Source: Pedosphaera sp. (GTDB lineage: Bacteria; Verrucomicrobiota; Verrucomicrobiia; Limisphaerales; UBA9464). Taken from it: 64,000 nt of DNA. A program made the translations under genes and the position numbers. A model generated the notes under the pieces. It was given only the letters and a program-made list of their open reading frames with translations, was not told where the DNA came from and made no database searches. The stretch spans positions 859-64,858 of the forward strand of contig SIBK01000015.1 of assembly GCA_009695205.1 (NCBI GenBank), given 5' to 3'. This document shows positions 1 through 9,393 of the stretch, one piece after another. The stretch's first letter is position 1. The number at the start of each line of letters is the position of its first letter.

Positions 1-319
1 GCGCTCCAAACACGACGCGGGCGCAACGGCAATGGACCAACGCTCCAGCACACATCGGGCAAGGCTCTTTGGTCACATACAGGGTGCAATCCGTCAGCCG
101 CCAGTCACCTACTGCCGACTGCGCCTGAGTCAGAGCGAGCATCTCGGCGTGCGCCGTCGCATCCTTCAGAAGTTCCACTTGATTAAAGGCCCGGCCGATA
201 ATTTTTCCCGCCCGCACGACCACCGCCCCCACAGGGACCTCGCCCACGTCATAGGCACGCCAGGCCTGGCGCAAGGCCTCGTTCATAAAATGGCCATCAA
301 GATTGAGTGGATCGTCCAT
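1..319 (-). CDS. tadA: tRNA-specific adenosine deaminase TadA, N-terminal part (gene runs off the left edge)
   Basis: My own minus-strand translation from the ATG at 319-317 gives MDDPLNLDGHFMNEALRQAWRAYDVGEVPVGAVVVRAGKIIGRAFNQVELLKDATAHAEMLAL...KEPCPMCAGALVHC. It carries the CMP/dCMP-type zinc deaminase motifs HAE and PCxxC. It is absent from the ORF track because there is no stop inside the window. Confidence 0.8.
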   Translation of the reverse strand, partial: MDDPLNLDGHFMNEALRQAWRAYDVGEVPVGAVVVRAGKIIGRAFNQVELLKDATAHAEMLALTQAQSAVGDWRLTDCTLYVTKEPCPMCAGALVHCRCARVVFGA

Positions 320-384
320 GGTGTGCAGATCGGCGGCTCCCATTGCGTCCAAATCTGGCGTCTACCGTGCGTGGGGAGTCGGAA

Positions 385-885
385 TTAGGATTCTTCGAGT
401 GTCCAGATGTCGGGGCCGCCCGAGTGGCAGTGGCAATGGGCGGCGAAATACCCCCCCCGATGCTTCCAAAACAGCGGCCAAATCTGTTCCCGGTCGGTTT
501 TGGGCAACGGCAGTTCATTGAGGGCGAGTTGCGAGAAAAAACCGAAAGACCCCTCCCGATGCGGAGGCGGAAGTTGCGGCAAAGGGGTGCGAACTTCAAA
601 AAGAAATATCAGCCAATGGGTATTTTCTGCATACGCATGCTCGCTGACCATGCCGGTCAAATGCAAATCAGTCGGCGCAAGCGCCATGCCGATCTCCTCG
701 AAAGCTTCACGACAGGCGCACGCGTAGGGCGATTCGCCGTACTCGGTCTTGAGCTTGCCGCCCGGCGGACTCCAAAGGCCGGCGTTGGGCTCCTGACTGC
801 GGTGCAAAAGGAGAACGTCACCGTCCGCATTGAAACAATACAGGAGGGTTGCGATCTGGTGAGGCAGGTTCACGAGCTCACCCAA
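385..885 (-). CDS. NUDIX hydrolase
   Basis: 166-aa ORF with a Nudix box ...GESPYACACREAFEEIGM (Ex7REUxEExGU). Confidence 0.85.
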   Translation of the reverse strand: MGELVNLPHQIATLLYCFNADGDVLLLHRSQEPNAGLWSPPGGKLKTEYGESPYACACREAFEEIGMALAPTDLHLTGMVSEHAYAENTHWLIFLFEVRTPLPQLPPPHREGSFGFFSQLALNELPLPKTDREQIWPLFWKHRGGYFAAHCHCHSGGPDIWTLEES

Positions 886-1039
886 TCAAACTCGTGCTCA
901 ACACGCAAACTTCGAAACCAGGTGCTTTTCGGATGCAGTTCCCACCCGAGCTCCCGACCCGCATTCCGGCGGCCAACACACCTGCCCCAAATGCCGGCAG
1001 TCGGCGGTTTCGAGTTCCAGCAAATTGCCTCTGCCTAGA

Positions 1040-2203
1040 TCACGGGACGGACAAAACGATGGGTGAAAGGGGAAGCCTCCCACAGTCGGTGCATGTGGTC
1101 GCTTCTTGAGTGAATTGACTCAAACAACGGGGACAATAGCACGCATGGGTTGGGTCGGTCGGCACCGGTGACCGCTCCCAAACTGCCGTATCCAAGTTCA
1201 CTTCCCGCAGGAGACTCTCGACCCGGGATTTGATCTCGGACCGAAACCAGACTTCAACTGCGAGACCCTGTGCTGTCCGCGATTCCGGGGTCGCCGACCG
1301 GGGATAGCGAAGTTCCCGCCAGACGCTTTCAGCGAGAGGGGCAAGCTCCGCCGAGGAAAGCAGCCCGGCCGCTACACAGAGCGGATGAAACGAACCGAGC
1401 AACGGGCGAGACAAGGAATCCGGAGCGCGCGATGCGGAAACCGGCGCCAAGGCATAGACCAACGCCAGCTTGAATCGATCGTCATTCGCGGCTGGAAAAA
1501 AGCGTCGATGCAGCCGGACAAATCCGACTGTGATCCACGCCATCTGAAGCAGGAGGGCGGGTGCCAGCCACCACAAAGCCGGAAGCCAGCCAAATCGCCA
1601 AATGATGGCCGGGCAGGCGATCACAAGAAAACCCCACAACCCGGTGCAGGTGGTCACCCAACCCGCCGTTCGTTCGGAGAAATCGGCCAGGACTTCCTGC
1701 AATGCCTCACGGTCAAATGATTGCCGTAAAACGTCGCGCAGATGTTCCACACGAACCGGGGCCGGAAGCCGGGAAAGTTCCTGCAACAGTGCCGCAAAAA
1801 ACAGAGGTTCGTAGGGTGAATCGCTCCGAAACAGTTCCTGGCCATTGACCCGAAGGCGCTTTCCATCAGCGACCACTTCGGAAATGGCATCCCACCCGAA
1901 GAACACCGTCGGTCCGCCTGGCTGACCCGAGGGATGCAGACAATCCACAGGGGCCGCCACAATGCCGTCTGGAGCTGCTGCGAACGGCCAACTGCGGGTG
2001 ATGTAAACCCTTCCGGCAGGGGGAAGCGGCCAGCACCAATGCAAGTCCCCGCGCTCATTGCCGATTGCTTCGCTACGAAGTACGGCCCGCCAACGTCGGG
2101 TCGCCATCTGTCGGAAAACGACACCGCCGCGGCGCACCCAGAACAGGCATTCGGTGAAGGCCAGGAATCCCAGAATCAGCAGCAGATACTGGCGATCAGA
2201 CAT
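1040..2203 (-). CDS. hypothetical multi-pass membrane protein with C-terminal zinc ribbon
   Basis: 387-aa ORF with hydrophobic segments (LLLILGFLAFTECLFWV, GLWGFLVIACPAIIW, LPALWWLAPALLLQMAWITVGFV). The C-terminus is CYCPRC...CTDCG. No family recognised. Confidence 0.5.
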   Translation of the reverse strand: MSDRQYLLLILGFLAFTECLFWVRRGGVVFRQMATRRWRAVLRSEAIGNERGDLHWCWPLPPAGRVYITRSWPFAAAPDGIVAAPVDCLHPSGQPGGPTVFFGWDAISEVVADGKRLRVNGQELFRSDSPYEPLFFAALLQELSRLPAPVRVEHLRDVLRQSFDREALQEVLADFSERTAGWVTTCTGLWGFLVIACPAIIWRFGWLPALWWLAPALLLQMAWITVGFVRLHRRFFPAANDDRFKLALVYALAPVSASRAPDSLSRPLLGSFHPLCVAAGLLSSAELAPLAESVWRELRYPRSATPESRTAQGLAVEVWFRSEIKSRVESLLREVNLDTAVWERSPVPTDPTHACYCPRCLSQFTQEATTCTDCGRLPLSPIVLSVP

Positions 2204-2300
2204 GTTGAAACTTTTGGAAGAAGAGCGCGGACCTCAATCCAAGGTCCGCACGCCTCATGGTCGTGCCGGCGATGGCCTCCGAATTAGCCCCGGGCTCTCT

Positions 2301-3200
2301 CTATAGCTCGCTACGACCTGGCTTTCGGCCAGTTAAGACTTTCTTGATCCAGGCACCGATGGCCACCAAGCCCACGATGACAAATTTGAAGGCCTTCTTG
2401 AGGAAACCAGCCACCAATCCGAAAAACCCAAGCTTATACGCAGCGGCTGCTGTGCCTCCCAAAACGAGCGCCCCCAGGCCGTATTGCGCAATTTTATCAC
2501 CCTGGCGAAACTCTGCATAATTTTCACCCTGGGAATACTGAAACGATTTCAACAGTTCACGGAACCCGGGCATGGCCGCATCGACCTTGTCAAAGTCTTC
2601 GATCAGCGTCACTTCCGTGACCCCTTTTCGCCCCAGGATTCGGACGTTATAGTTCACAAATTTCTCGCCGGCGCTCTGACCGAGCAGCGACCACTCCAGG
2701 TTCTTGGTCTCATCATTGAAGTTCGGCGCCACATGCCATCCGAGAATTTCCAAGGTTGGGATCTCCTGCGATTTTCGGCGCGTGTTATCTTCGGCGACTC
2801 CCTCCTGCATTTGTTTTAGCAGTTTATCTGCATCGAGATCTTTCTTTTCGTCGTCCTTTACATATCCAACTTCATCAAAACTAAAGATCGCCCACCAATG
2901 ATTTGATCTAGACTCCACCAGGCCCAACTCGTTGCCGTGAGTGGAATTACCCATCAGTTTCAAGATTTTCTGCGCGTCCCCGGCCTCGACAAATCGGGAT
3001 CCGGCAGGCAGTCGCAACCGTGCACGGGATCGCAGGTCCGCCGTGGCCGGACCGTTCAGCCACTTGAACCGGTCGAGCGGATCCTTTGCCGGCTTCTCCG
3101 CAGCAGGCTTCTCAGCCCCGAAGACAGCCAGGGATACTGCCCAAAACAGGCAGATTTGAAGCAGGCGGTGTGCCATCAAAAAGTCGAGTCGAGAGCGCAT
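2301..3200 (-). CDS. DUF2167-like membrane-anchored protein
   Basis: 299-aa ORF with a signal peptide, a soluble domain (...WLNGPATADL...HWWAIFSFDEVGYVKDDEK...LEWSLLG...VNYNVRILGRKGV...) and C-terminal TM helices. The pattern as I recall it matches DUF2167. Confidence 0.55.
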   Translation of the reverse strand: MRSRLDFLMAHRLLQICLFWAVSLAVFGAEKPAAEKPAKDPLDRFKWLNGPATADLRSRARLRLPAGSRFVEAGDAQKILKLMGNSTHGNELGLVESRSNHWWAIFSFDEVGYVKDDEKKDLDADKLLKQMQEGVAEDNTRRKSQEIPTLEILGWHVAPNFNDETKNLEWSLLGQSAGEKFVNYNVRILGRKGVTEVTLIEDFDKVDAAMPGFRELLKSFQYSQGENYAEFRQGDKIAQYGLGALVLGGTAAAAYKLGFFGLVAGFLKKAFKFVIVGLVAIGAWIKKVLTGRKPGRSEL

Positions 3201-3275
3201 GACCGGTCAAAGTAAACGCGGCGATCGCGGCGATCGCAAGCCACCATTTGCAGCCACCATTACCTGACGTGTCCC

Positions 3276-3306
3276 CCAAGAAAAGGGCGGCCGCTTCCGG
3301 CCGCCC
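3276..3306 (-). terminator. rho-independent terminator downstream of tig
   Basis: Perfect 9-bp GC stem gggcggccg/cggccgccc (3285-3306) with loop cttc. On the minus strand it is followed by TTTTCTT. Confidence 0.65.
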
Positions 3307-3356
3307 ACATATCACTACGCTCAAGGATCACAACGCTCAAGGCTCGGGAACTGGGA

Positions 3357-4670
3357 TTAAGGGCGCGTGGACGGTACGTCGTCGATTTTTGCGTTCAGTT
3401 CGATAAGATCCATCACCTTGTCGGTCACGATGCCTTGCTCAATTTCGGGGAAGCCTTTGCGTTCCTGGATCTGCTTGACCATTTTCTCCACACTGACTTC
3501 ATTCTGCTGCGCCAGGGCGGAGACACGATTGATAATATCCTTCTGATCCGCCTTGATGCTTTCAGCTCTGGCAATTCCTTTCAAAACGAATGTCGCCTTC
3601 ACGCGCTCACGGGCGTTCTGGCTCGCACCGGCATAGATCTCGTCCTTCTTTTGCTCAATCGCATCCTTTGGCACGCCCCGTTTCTGGTTCTCATTGACAA
3701 TGCTATAGATCAAGTCGCGGGTTTCGCTCGCCACGACGCTTTCCGGAAGTTCCAGATCCACTCTGGATAGAAGCTCCTTCAGCAGTTGGTCACGCACATC
3801 CCGCTTCTGGCGGAAGCTCAGCTCGTTCTGGAGATCTCGACGAATCCCATCCGTCAGCTCCCAAACTGAGGCTGCACCCAGTGAGCGGGCAAATTCCTCA
3901 TTCACCTCGGGCAGGACCTTTTCCTTTAGCCCTACGATCTCGACAGCATAAACGGCCTGCCTCTTCGACAATTCTGCGGAGACAAACTCGGCGGGGAACT
4001 CGACTTTTACCTCGCGTCGGTCACCGATCTTTGCGCCCTGGAGCTGCTCTGTGAATCCGGGAAGGAAGGAACCCTCGGCCACTGCAATCCAAAAATTCTG
4101 TTTCTCCGCCAGACCTCGGGCAGTCGGGTCGATCTCCGTCAGAGGCTTTCCATCGATGGTCGCCACGTAGTTCACAACGACCACGTCGCCTTTCAGCACC
4201 TCGCGAGCGACGTCGTTGTATTTCACTTGCTGTTCTCGGAGAATGTTCATCGCACGATCCACGTCTGCGTCTGAGGGAACGGCAATCTCGCGTCGAGCCG
4301 TCAAGCCCTTGTATTCTGGGACTGTAAAGACGGGCACCACCTCGCAGGTTACGTTGTAGATGTAGGGAATTCCCCGGCCGAACTGCTGTTCCTCAACGTT
4401 GAGGGTTACAAGGACATCCAGTTTTTCCCGCTGAGCGGCCGCACGATAGGAATCCCCGAACAACTTCTTTCGCGTTTCCTCGACAATTCGCGGTTCGTAG
4501 GCTTTGACGACCAAATGTTGCGGTGCCCGGCCGGGCCGGAATCCAGGGAATTGCGCCTCCTTTCGGAACTGATTTGAAATGTCACTGAATGCGGTACTAA
4601 CCGCCTCAAGTGGCACTTCGACGCGGAGCAACTTTTTGCAAGGACCAAGGTGATCGACGGAAACGTTCAT
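3357..4670 (-). CDS. tig: trigger factor
   Basis: The ORF 3357-4721 contains MNVSVDHLGPCKKLLRVEVPLEAV...FPGFRPGRAP..., typical of a trigger factor N-terminus, plus a PPIase-like middle. I place the start at the internal ATG at 4670. Confidence 0.9.
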   Translation of the reverse strand: MNVSVDHLGPCKKLLRVEVPLEAVSTAFSDISNQFRKEAQFPGFRPGRAPQHLVVKAYEPRIVEETRKKLFGDSYRAAAQREKLDVLVTLNVEEQQFGRGIPYIYNVTCEVVPVFTVPEYKGLTARREIAVPSDADVDRAMNILREQQVKYNDVAREVLKGDVVVVNYVATIDGKPLTEIDPTARGLAEKQNFWIAVAEGSFLPGFTEQLQGAKIGDRREVKVEFPAEFVSAELSKRQAVYAVEIVGLKEKVLPEVNEEFARSLGAASVWELTDGIRRDLQNELSFRQKRDVRDQLLKELLSRVDLELPESVVASETRDLIYSIVNENQKRGVPKDAIEQKKDEIYAGASQNARERVKATFVLKGIARAESIKADQKDIINRVSALAQQNEVSVEKMVKQIQERKGFPEIEQGIVTDKVMDLIELNAKIDDVPSTRP

Positions 4671-5065
4671 GTTCTGCCTGTTAAGGAATCGTGAGCCGGC
4701 CGGCGACGGACCGACCGGCAAAGACCTTGAACCTAGGAAGGGGCAGGAAACCCGTCAAGCTTTGCTGGAAGCTTTGCTCCGAGCATCACTCACGGGTTGG
4801 CAAACGTGAAAAATCGGTAAATCGCGAGCAAAGCGAATTCGGGCCGAACCAGGAACAGATCCTCAGGATCGTGTAACGCGCAGAGCGCGTTCCATGCCCA
4901 GTTCCGGGCGGCTGGAAGCCGCCCCTCACTGTCAGGCAAGGGTGCCTGACGCCACGTGGCGCAGCCATCCTGCCCGGCGGAAACTGGGTTTTCCCCTTAC
5001 CTCTCAACGGGCGAAGTGGCACCCCAGACTTGCGCACGCCGCTGCGGTTGCCACCCTAGTGCCTC

Positions 5066-6322
5066 ATGACGACTCCATCTCCACTCGGATTGCACCGCTC
5101 CTTCGGGTTTGGCGACCGCCTGGGGTTGGCGACGCCAGGCCACCTCGCCGCCCTGCGCCACGTTCCAGGCTTCGCACCAATTTTTGCCCAACAGTCGATC
5201 CGTGAAATGGCCCGCACCCAGCGGACTCCCGAAGAGGTGATGCAGGCCGCTCAAAACGCACTGTCCTCAGCGGGGTTCACTGGAACGTGGGGGGCCGATG
5301 GGGATCACTTGAAAACACCCGCCGACGTCCAACGGGTGGCCGCTGCCGGGTTTTGTTTCTTTACCATCGATCCGAGCGCCTTCGTCAACAATGCGGCCGA
5401 TACCATGACGGAGATCGAAGTGCAGGACGAGGTGGAGCGGATCTGCGCGGACAGCACCTTCGCCGGGGTGGAGTTCCGGGACGTGTATTTGGGGCACGAG
5501 TTCCCTGCCACGGAAGGTGCTCCGCTGAAGTTCACTTCGGGGGATCTCGACCGTGCCGTGGTCAAATACGGCCGTGCAGTCGCCCACTGCGAGCACATGG
5601 GCAAGGCCATCGCGAGCGCCTGCGGATCCCGCGCCTTTGAGATTGAAGTATCTGTTGATGAAACGGACTCGCCCACGCGTCTCCTTGAGCATCTCTTCTT
5701 TGGGCTGGAACTACGACGGCGAGGCGTGCCGAACGTTGTGAGTCTGGCTCCCCGATTCATCGGCGATTTTGAAAAAGGGATCGACTACAGGGGCGATCAT
5801 GCCGCGTTCGAATCGCAGCTTCGGCGCCATGTAGCCATCGCCCGGTACTGCGGCCCCTATAAAATCAGCATCCATAGTGGCTCGGACAAGTTTTCCATCT
5901 ATCCCGCGATTGGACGTGTCTGCGGTGACCTGCTCCACGTAAAAACTGCCGGAACCAGTTATCTCGAAGCGTTGCGGGTCGTCGCGCGCTGCGAACCGTC
6001 CTTGTTCCGGGAAATCGCACACTATTGTCGCGGACGCTTCGCCATAGATCGCGCCAGCTATCACATCAGCTCCACCGATGCAGCGGTCGCTGCCCTACCC
6101 CCCTTCACAGGCAGCACGGAGGAGGTCCCTTATTTGGATGAGGTCGTGGGGCGGCAATTGCTCCACGTCACGTTTGGAAGTGTTTTAACCGCCGGTATCG
6201 ATTCCCTGGGTCGACGATTCAAAGAGGGAATCCTCGAGTGCCTTCAACGCAATGATTCCTTGCACCAGCAATTGCTTGAATCCCACTTCACGCACCACCT
6301 ATCTCTACTCAATGCCGGCTGA
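5066..6322 (+). CDS. uxaE: tagaturonate/fructuronate epimerase (UxaE family)
   Basis: Blocks SFGFGDRLGLATPGH, PIFAQQSIRE, GADGDHLK, FFTIDPS, EVSVDETDSPT, LRRRGV, APRFIGDFEKGIDYRGD, ISIHSGSDKFSIYPA, LLHVKTAGTSYLEA, SYHIS and RQLLHVTFGSVL parallel Thermotoga UxaE as I recall it. Confidence 0.8.
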   Translation: MTTPSPLGLHRSFGFGDRLGLATPGHLAALRHVPGFAPIFAQQSIREMARTQRTPEEVMQAAQNALSSAGFTGTWGADGDHLKTPADVQRVAAAGFCFFTIDPSAFVNNAADTMTEIEVQDEVERICADSTFAGVEFRDVYLGHEFPATEGAPLKFTSGDLDRAVVKYGRAVAHCEHMGKAIASACGSRAFEIEVSVDETDSPTRLLEHLFFGLELRRRGVPNVVSLAPRFIGDFEKGIDYRGDHAAFESQLRRHVAIARYCGPYKISIHSGSDKFSIYPAIGRVCGDLLHVKTAGTSYLEALRVVARCEPSLFREIAHYCRGRFAIDRASYHISSTDAAVAALPPFTGSTEEVPYLDEVVGRQLLHVTFGSVLTAGIDSLGRRFKEGILECLQRNDSLHQQLLESHFTHHLSLLNAG

Positions 6323-6469
6323 AGACGGTGATACCCATGAAACGCTTGCGCGATGTTAATTAATTCTTACGGTGGGTGGGGGTATTACGCCTCAACCCCC
6401 GTCTTACGTTTTTGTTCCGAAACTGCCCTCGGTTGTCATTCCTGATCCGAATTATTTTCTAACCTTAGC

Positions 6470-8380
6470 ATGCTGACCCTTTCTGACTGCGAAAAGTCCT
6501 ACGCCGGCCGCACCCTTTTTTCCGAAGTCACTCTCCAGGTAAACCGTGGCGACCGCATTGGGCTGGTTGGACCCAATGGCGCTGGAAAAACCACTCTCTT
6601 CAAACTCATTCTTGGGCAAGAGGAACCCGATTCTGGATCGGTCACTTTCCAGCGGGGCGCAACCGTTGGATTCCTTCCCCAGGAAACCGCACCCGCCGGT
6701 GAAGAAACAGTCATCGAACTTGTCTGTAGCCTTCCGGCCTCCGGCATGGGACACGAGGACGATGCGGAAATGGAGTTCGACGGTTCGGCTGTAGCCAAGG
6801 CAAAACGAATTCTGAAGGGCCTCGCCTTCCGGGAAACCGATTTCGATCGGGCCGTAAAAACATTGAGCGGCGGGTGGGTCATGCGAACGCACCTCGCCCG
6901 GTTGCTTGTGCAGGAGCCGGATCTGCTGATGCTCGATGAGCCCACCAACCACCTCGATCTCGAAACATTGATCTGGTTTCAGCAATACCTGAAATCGTAT
7001 CCCGGCGGCATCCTCCTGATTTCACACGACCGCGAATTCCTGAATCAACTCGTCACTCATATTGTCGAACTTCGACAGGGCCGGCTCTGGCGGTACCGCG
7101 GCAACTACGATGCGTATCTCGAACAACGCGCCGCCGCCGAAGAGCAGCAGCTCGCTGCGTATAAGAATCAGCAGCGGGAAATCGAGCGTCTGATGGATTT
7201 TGTGACGCGATTTCGCGCAAAAAATACCAAAGCCGCCCAGGCTCAGAGCAAACTGAAGCAGATCGATCGCATGGAGAAAATCGCCGCGCCCGATGCGGCG
7301 TTGGCCACTGTCGATTTTAACTTCCCGCAGCCCGAAAAGAGCGGCCAACGCGTCATCACACTCCGTGACGTTCACTTTGCGTATGGAGAGCACTGGGTCT
7401 ATCGGGGGATTGATTTCGAAGCGGAACGCGGAGCGCGCGTCGTCCTCGTCGGCCCAAACGGCTCCGGCAAATCAACGCTTCTCAAATTGCTCGCCGGAGT
7501 TCTCACCCAGACGCACGGGGAACGGGATGAGGGCCTGAAGGTCCGCGTTGGTTACTATTCTCAATACCGCACCGAAATGCTCCAATCGGGACGCACCGTC
7601 CTCGCCGAGGCCCTCGACACCCCGGCTCGCGTCACGGAACTATATGTCCGCTCTCTCCTCGGCTGCTTCCTCTTTCGCGACGACGAAGTATTCAAAAAGG
7701 TCGACGTCCTCAGCGGCGGCGAGAAAAGCCGGCTCGCTCTCGTCAAGATTCTCCTCGATCCCCCCAACTTGCTGCTTATGGACGAACCCACGACGCACTT
7801 GGATATGTCCAGCATCGACGCGATCGTCGCCGCTCTCCGCGAATTCACCGGCACGCTGGTTTTTATCAGTCACGACGTTCATTTCATCCGATCCATTGCC
7901 TCGCGGGTTGTGCACATCGATGCAGGGCGGTTGACAAGTTACGCTGGCGATTATGCCTATTACCTGGAAAAAACGAGGGCGGTTTCTGCCCGAGCAGCCT
8001 TGACCGCCACCGGTGGAGACGTTGGTTCCGCGGGTCGGCCCACCAATTCGCGTCCGACCGAAACCCTTACGCGAACCGCTCCGGGAAACGGCGCCGGGAC
8101 TCAAAAAGATCGGCGTCAGCAAGTGGTGGATGCCCGGAAGTTGGCATCCGCTCAGCGGCGGTTGGTGGCGGATCTTGAGGCACACATTGCCGCACTGGAA
8201 GTCCGTCAGGATGAATTGGCTACCGAACTGGAAAAGCCGGCCACCTACGAAACTCCGGGACGGGCGGTGGAAATCAATCGCGAATTAAAGATTGTCGTTG
8301 ATGAAATGGCGGAAAAAAACCGCGCTTGGGAAGATGCCGCGAAACGCCTGACCGATCTGGAATTGAAGGACGGCGAATAG
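6470..8380 (+). CDS. ABC-F family ATPase (two ABC domains, no TMD)
   Basis: Two Walker A motifs (GPNGAGKTT, GPNGSGKST), two signatures (LSGGW, LSGGEKSR), two Walker B motifs (LLMLDEPTNHLD, LLLMDEPTTHLD), an inter-domain linker and a C-terminal coiled coil. Confidence 0.9.
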   Translation: MLTLSDCEKSYAGRTLFSEVTLQVNRGDRIGLVGPNGAGKTTLFKLILGQEEPDSGSVTFQRGATVGFLPQETAPAGEETVIELVCSLPASGMGHEDDAEMEFDGSAVAKAKRILKGLAFRETDFDRAVKTLSGGWVMRTHLARLLVQEPDLLMLDEPTNHLDLETLIWFQQYLKSYPGGILLISHDREFLNQLVTHIVELRQGRLWRYRGNYDAYLEQRAAAEEQQLAAYKNQQREIERLMDFVTRFRAKNTKAAQAQSKLKQIDRMEKIAAPDAALATVDFNFPQPEKSGQRVITLRDVHFAYGEHWVYRGIDFEAERGARVVLVGPNGSGKSTLLKLLAGVLTQTHGERDEGLKVRVGYYSQYRTEMLQSGRTVLAEALDTPARVTELYVRSLLGCFLFRDDEVFKKVDVLSGGEKSRLALVKILLDPPNLLLMDEPTTHLDMSSIDAIVAALREFTGTLVFISHDVHFIRSIASRVVHIDAGRLTSYAGDYAYYLEKTRAVSARAALTATGGDVGSAGRPTNSRPTETLTRTAPGNGAGTQKDRRQQVVDARKLASAQRRLVADLEAHIAALEVRQDELATELEKPATYETPGRAVEINRELKIVVDEMAEKNRAWEDAAKRLTDLELKDGE

Positions 8381-8390
8381 CGAATCGAGG

Positions 8391-8416
8391 GTGCCGAAAG
8401 TCGGCACGATTTCTTA
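8391..8416 (+). terminator. rho-independent terminator after the ABC-F gene
   Basis: 7-bp stem gtgccga/tcggcac with loop aag, followed by gatttctt. Confidence 0.5.
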
Positions 8417-8444
8417 AGACTTTATTGGAAACTGATTTTCGCGT

Positions 8445-9380
8445 TTGCCATCGGCTTTCGTAAGAGCGCCCCCGTTTGAATTTTCTGGGGAGTCGCTGAA
8501 CCACGTGTCCACTAAGGATTTTCCCTACCCCGAGTCTGGCAGAACTCCAATCGAGTTCACTGCCTTGCCCCCACTTCTCATTTTCACGCTTCCACTCGAA
8601 TCTTGGTCTCGTCGAACACAACGGGATGCCCAGCGGTTTCTTGAATTTAACTGGGTACCGGATCTAGCTTTCCTACGCGACGCTCGGCTTGCCCTTCCCT
8701 TTGAGGAAGCAATCCGACTGAACGATTTCTTGCGGAACAACGGGGCCTTGCGCCTGCAAGTACCCATCAAGGAACGATCTTTGGAAATGTTCGGCGACGA
8801 GAAACGCCACGATATCCTCGCGGCGGGCGCCCTGTTTCACGAGGGACGTCTCACGCTGAATCACTTGCGTTGTTTCCCGGTCATCGAACCGTTGGGCTGG
8901 CATCGCGGACCGAACAAGAAGGTCCCCGTTATCGCCCTTGAAAACGCCGCCACCTGGGAATCCTACCGCCGTTGGAACATGGAAGCCGGCCACTTCAGCG
9001 CGGTGGTTTACGGCCAAGGAAACTGCTTTGCTGAACGCGTTCCGTTTCTCGCGGAGATTTTCCGCGAACTGGGTGGAAGTCGCCCCGTTTTCTATTTTGG
9101 CGATTTGGACGCCGCCGGATTGCGGATTCCGGCCCGGGCCTCACGGAAAGCGCAGCGGGAAGGCCTACCCCGAGTGGAACCCCATGAGCAAAGCTACCGT
9201 TGGCTCCTGGATCAAGCCCAGCGTGCCAAACCAGCCAATGAGAGCGATCCCGCACGCCGCGCGGACTTCGACTGGCTCGGTGGCCTTGCTGAAGAAGCGT
9301 GGACGATTCTCGGCAGCCAACAGCGACTGGCACAGGAATGCGTAGGATTGGAGCGCCTGCTGAACCTCGACCCGCATTGA
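8445..9380 (+). CDS. JetD-like Toprim-fold protein (DUF2220-type C-terminal domain); true start uncertain
   Basis: The C-terminal half has the pattern VIALENAATWESY ... AVVYGQGN ... VFYFGDLDAAGLRI (Toprim Glu plus DxD), as in Wadjet JetD / MksG DUF2220. It is preceded by ...IKERSLEMFGDEKRHDIL.... Recognised by recall only. Confidence 0.5.
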   Translation: MPSAFVRAPPFEFSGESLNHVSTKDFPYPESGRTPIEFTALPPLLIFTLPLESWSRRTQRDAQRFLEFNWVPDLAFLRDARLALPFEEAIRLNDFLRNNGALRLQVPIKERSLEMFGDEKRHDILAAGALFHEGRLTLNHLRCFPVIEPLGWHRGPNKKVPVIALENAATWESYRRWNMEAGHFSAVVYGQGNCFAERVPFLAEIFRELGGSRPVFYFGDLDAAGLRIPARASRKAQREGLPRVEPHEQSYRWLLDQAQRAKPANESDPARRADFDWLGGLAEEAWTILGSQQRLAQECVGLERLLNLDPH

Positions 9381-9393
9381 AAAAAGCAGTGAA

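Noticed and set aside
3218-3237. gcggcgatc duplicated in tandem, creating two GCGATCGC palindromes (a HIP1-like octamer).
   Set aside because: It is a single short intergenic duplication. I did not notice any over-representation of the octamer elsewhere in the window.
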